From: a virus
Lineage: Duplodnaviria > Caudoviricetes
DNA: 64,000 nucleotides
Reading direction: 5' to 3' (one strand)
IMG/VR virus record: IMGVR_UViG_3300047375_000738
The notes beneath the pieces are model-generated. The model ran no database searches. It saw only the letters and a list, made by a program, of their open reading frames with translations, and had not been told where the DNA came from. Made by a program: the position numbers and the translations under genes. This document shows positions 63,860 through 64,000 of the stretch, in pieces; positions within the stretch are counted from its first letter, which is position 1, and the number at the start of each line of letters is the position of its first letter.

Positions 63860-64000
63860 CAATCAAACGATCCTATGTAATTAAAGAACAAGTTATTTCC
63901 TGTATCGTATGTAAACACATCAACAATAATTTTTTGTCCGATTGAACCAGTATGTGTTAGGATATTGTTTCCGCCAACCCATGCAGCATTATTGTCATTT
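63859..64000 (-). CDS. C-terminal end of a gene truncated by the window edge (possibly structural)
   Basis: Open frame ...AAWVGGNNILTHTG...IVDVFTYDTGNNLFFNYIGSFD*. Confidence 0.6.
   Translation of the reverse strand, partial: NDNNAAWVGGNNILTHTGSIGQKIIVDVFTYDTGNNLFFNYIGSFD

Noticed and set aside
1-64000. CRISPR arrays, tRNAs, rRNA, IS or integrase, introns, homing endonucleases
   Set aside because: Intergenic gaps are short and no cloverleaf, spacer array or such motif was recognised by eye; tRNAscan/Infernal not run
1-64000. Stop-codon reassignment
   Set aside because: Conserved genes are full length in code 11 and TAA, TAG and TGA all end genes
1-64000. Eukaryotic virus or cellular origin (SET, PMM, RFC-like, ClpA, MetK)
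   Set aside because: SD sites, sigma70 promoters, spanins, endolysin and T4-like replication genes indicate a bacteriophage

Overview
64 kb of a large, AT-rich, densely coding dsDNA bacteriophage genome with T4-like ('jumbo' myovirus-type) gene content, almost entirely on the minus strand and read in the standard code. It carries replication genes (family B polymerase, probable sliding clamp, clamp loader, 5'-3' exonuclease, ThyX, a short DnaE-like fragment) and a dispersed 7-deazaguanine system (FolE, QueD-like, QueE, TGT/DpdA-like, YhhQ). That system is interleaved with a GT-B glycosyltransferase, GalE, an amidinotransferase, PLP enzymes, radical SAM/cupin pairs, MetK, a purine PRTase and Prs. 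The window also holds a sugar-nucleotide/glycan block, a MoxR-vWA pair, ClpA/Def/DnaJ/GroES, a lysis cassette and virion proteins. A block of about 10 small genes nearly all start with a T4-type [IL]-x-E prohead-protease site. Regulatory signals are unusually clear: 12 near-consensus sigma70 promoters (3 leaderless), a GATAAATA late-promoter-like motif, and hairpins that occlude the start of late genes. The best candidate for an undescribed system is a hypermodified (glycosylated or amidinated) 7-deazaguanine pathway. All family calls come from motif recognition by eye; no database search was run. No tRNA, CRISPR array or mobile element was recognised.
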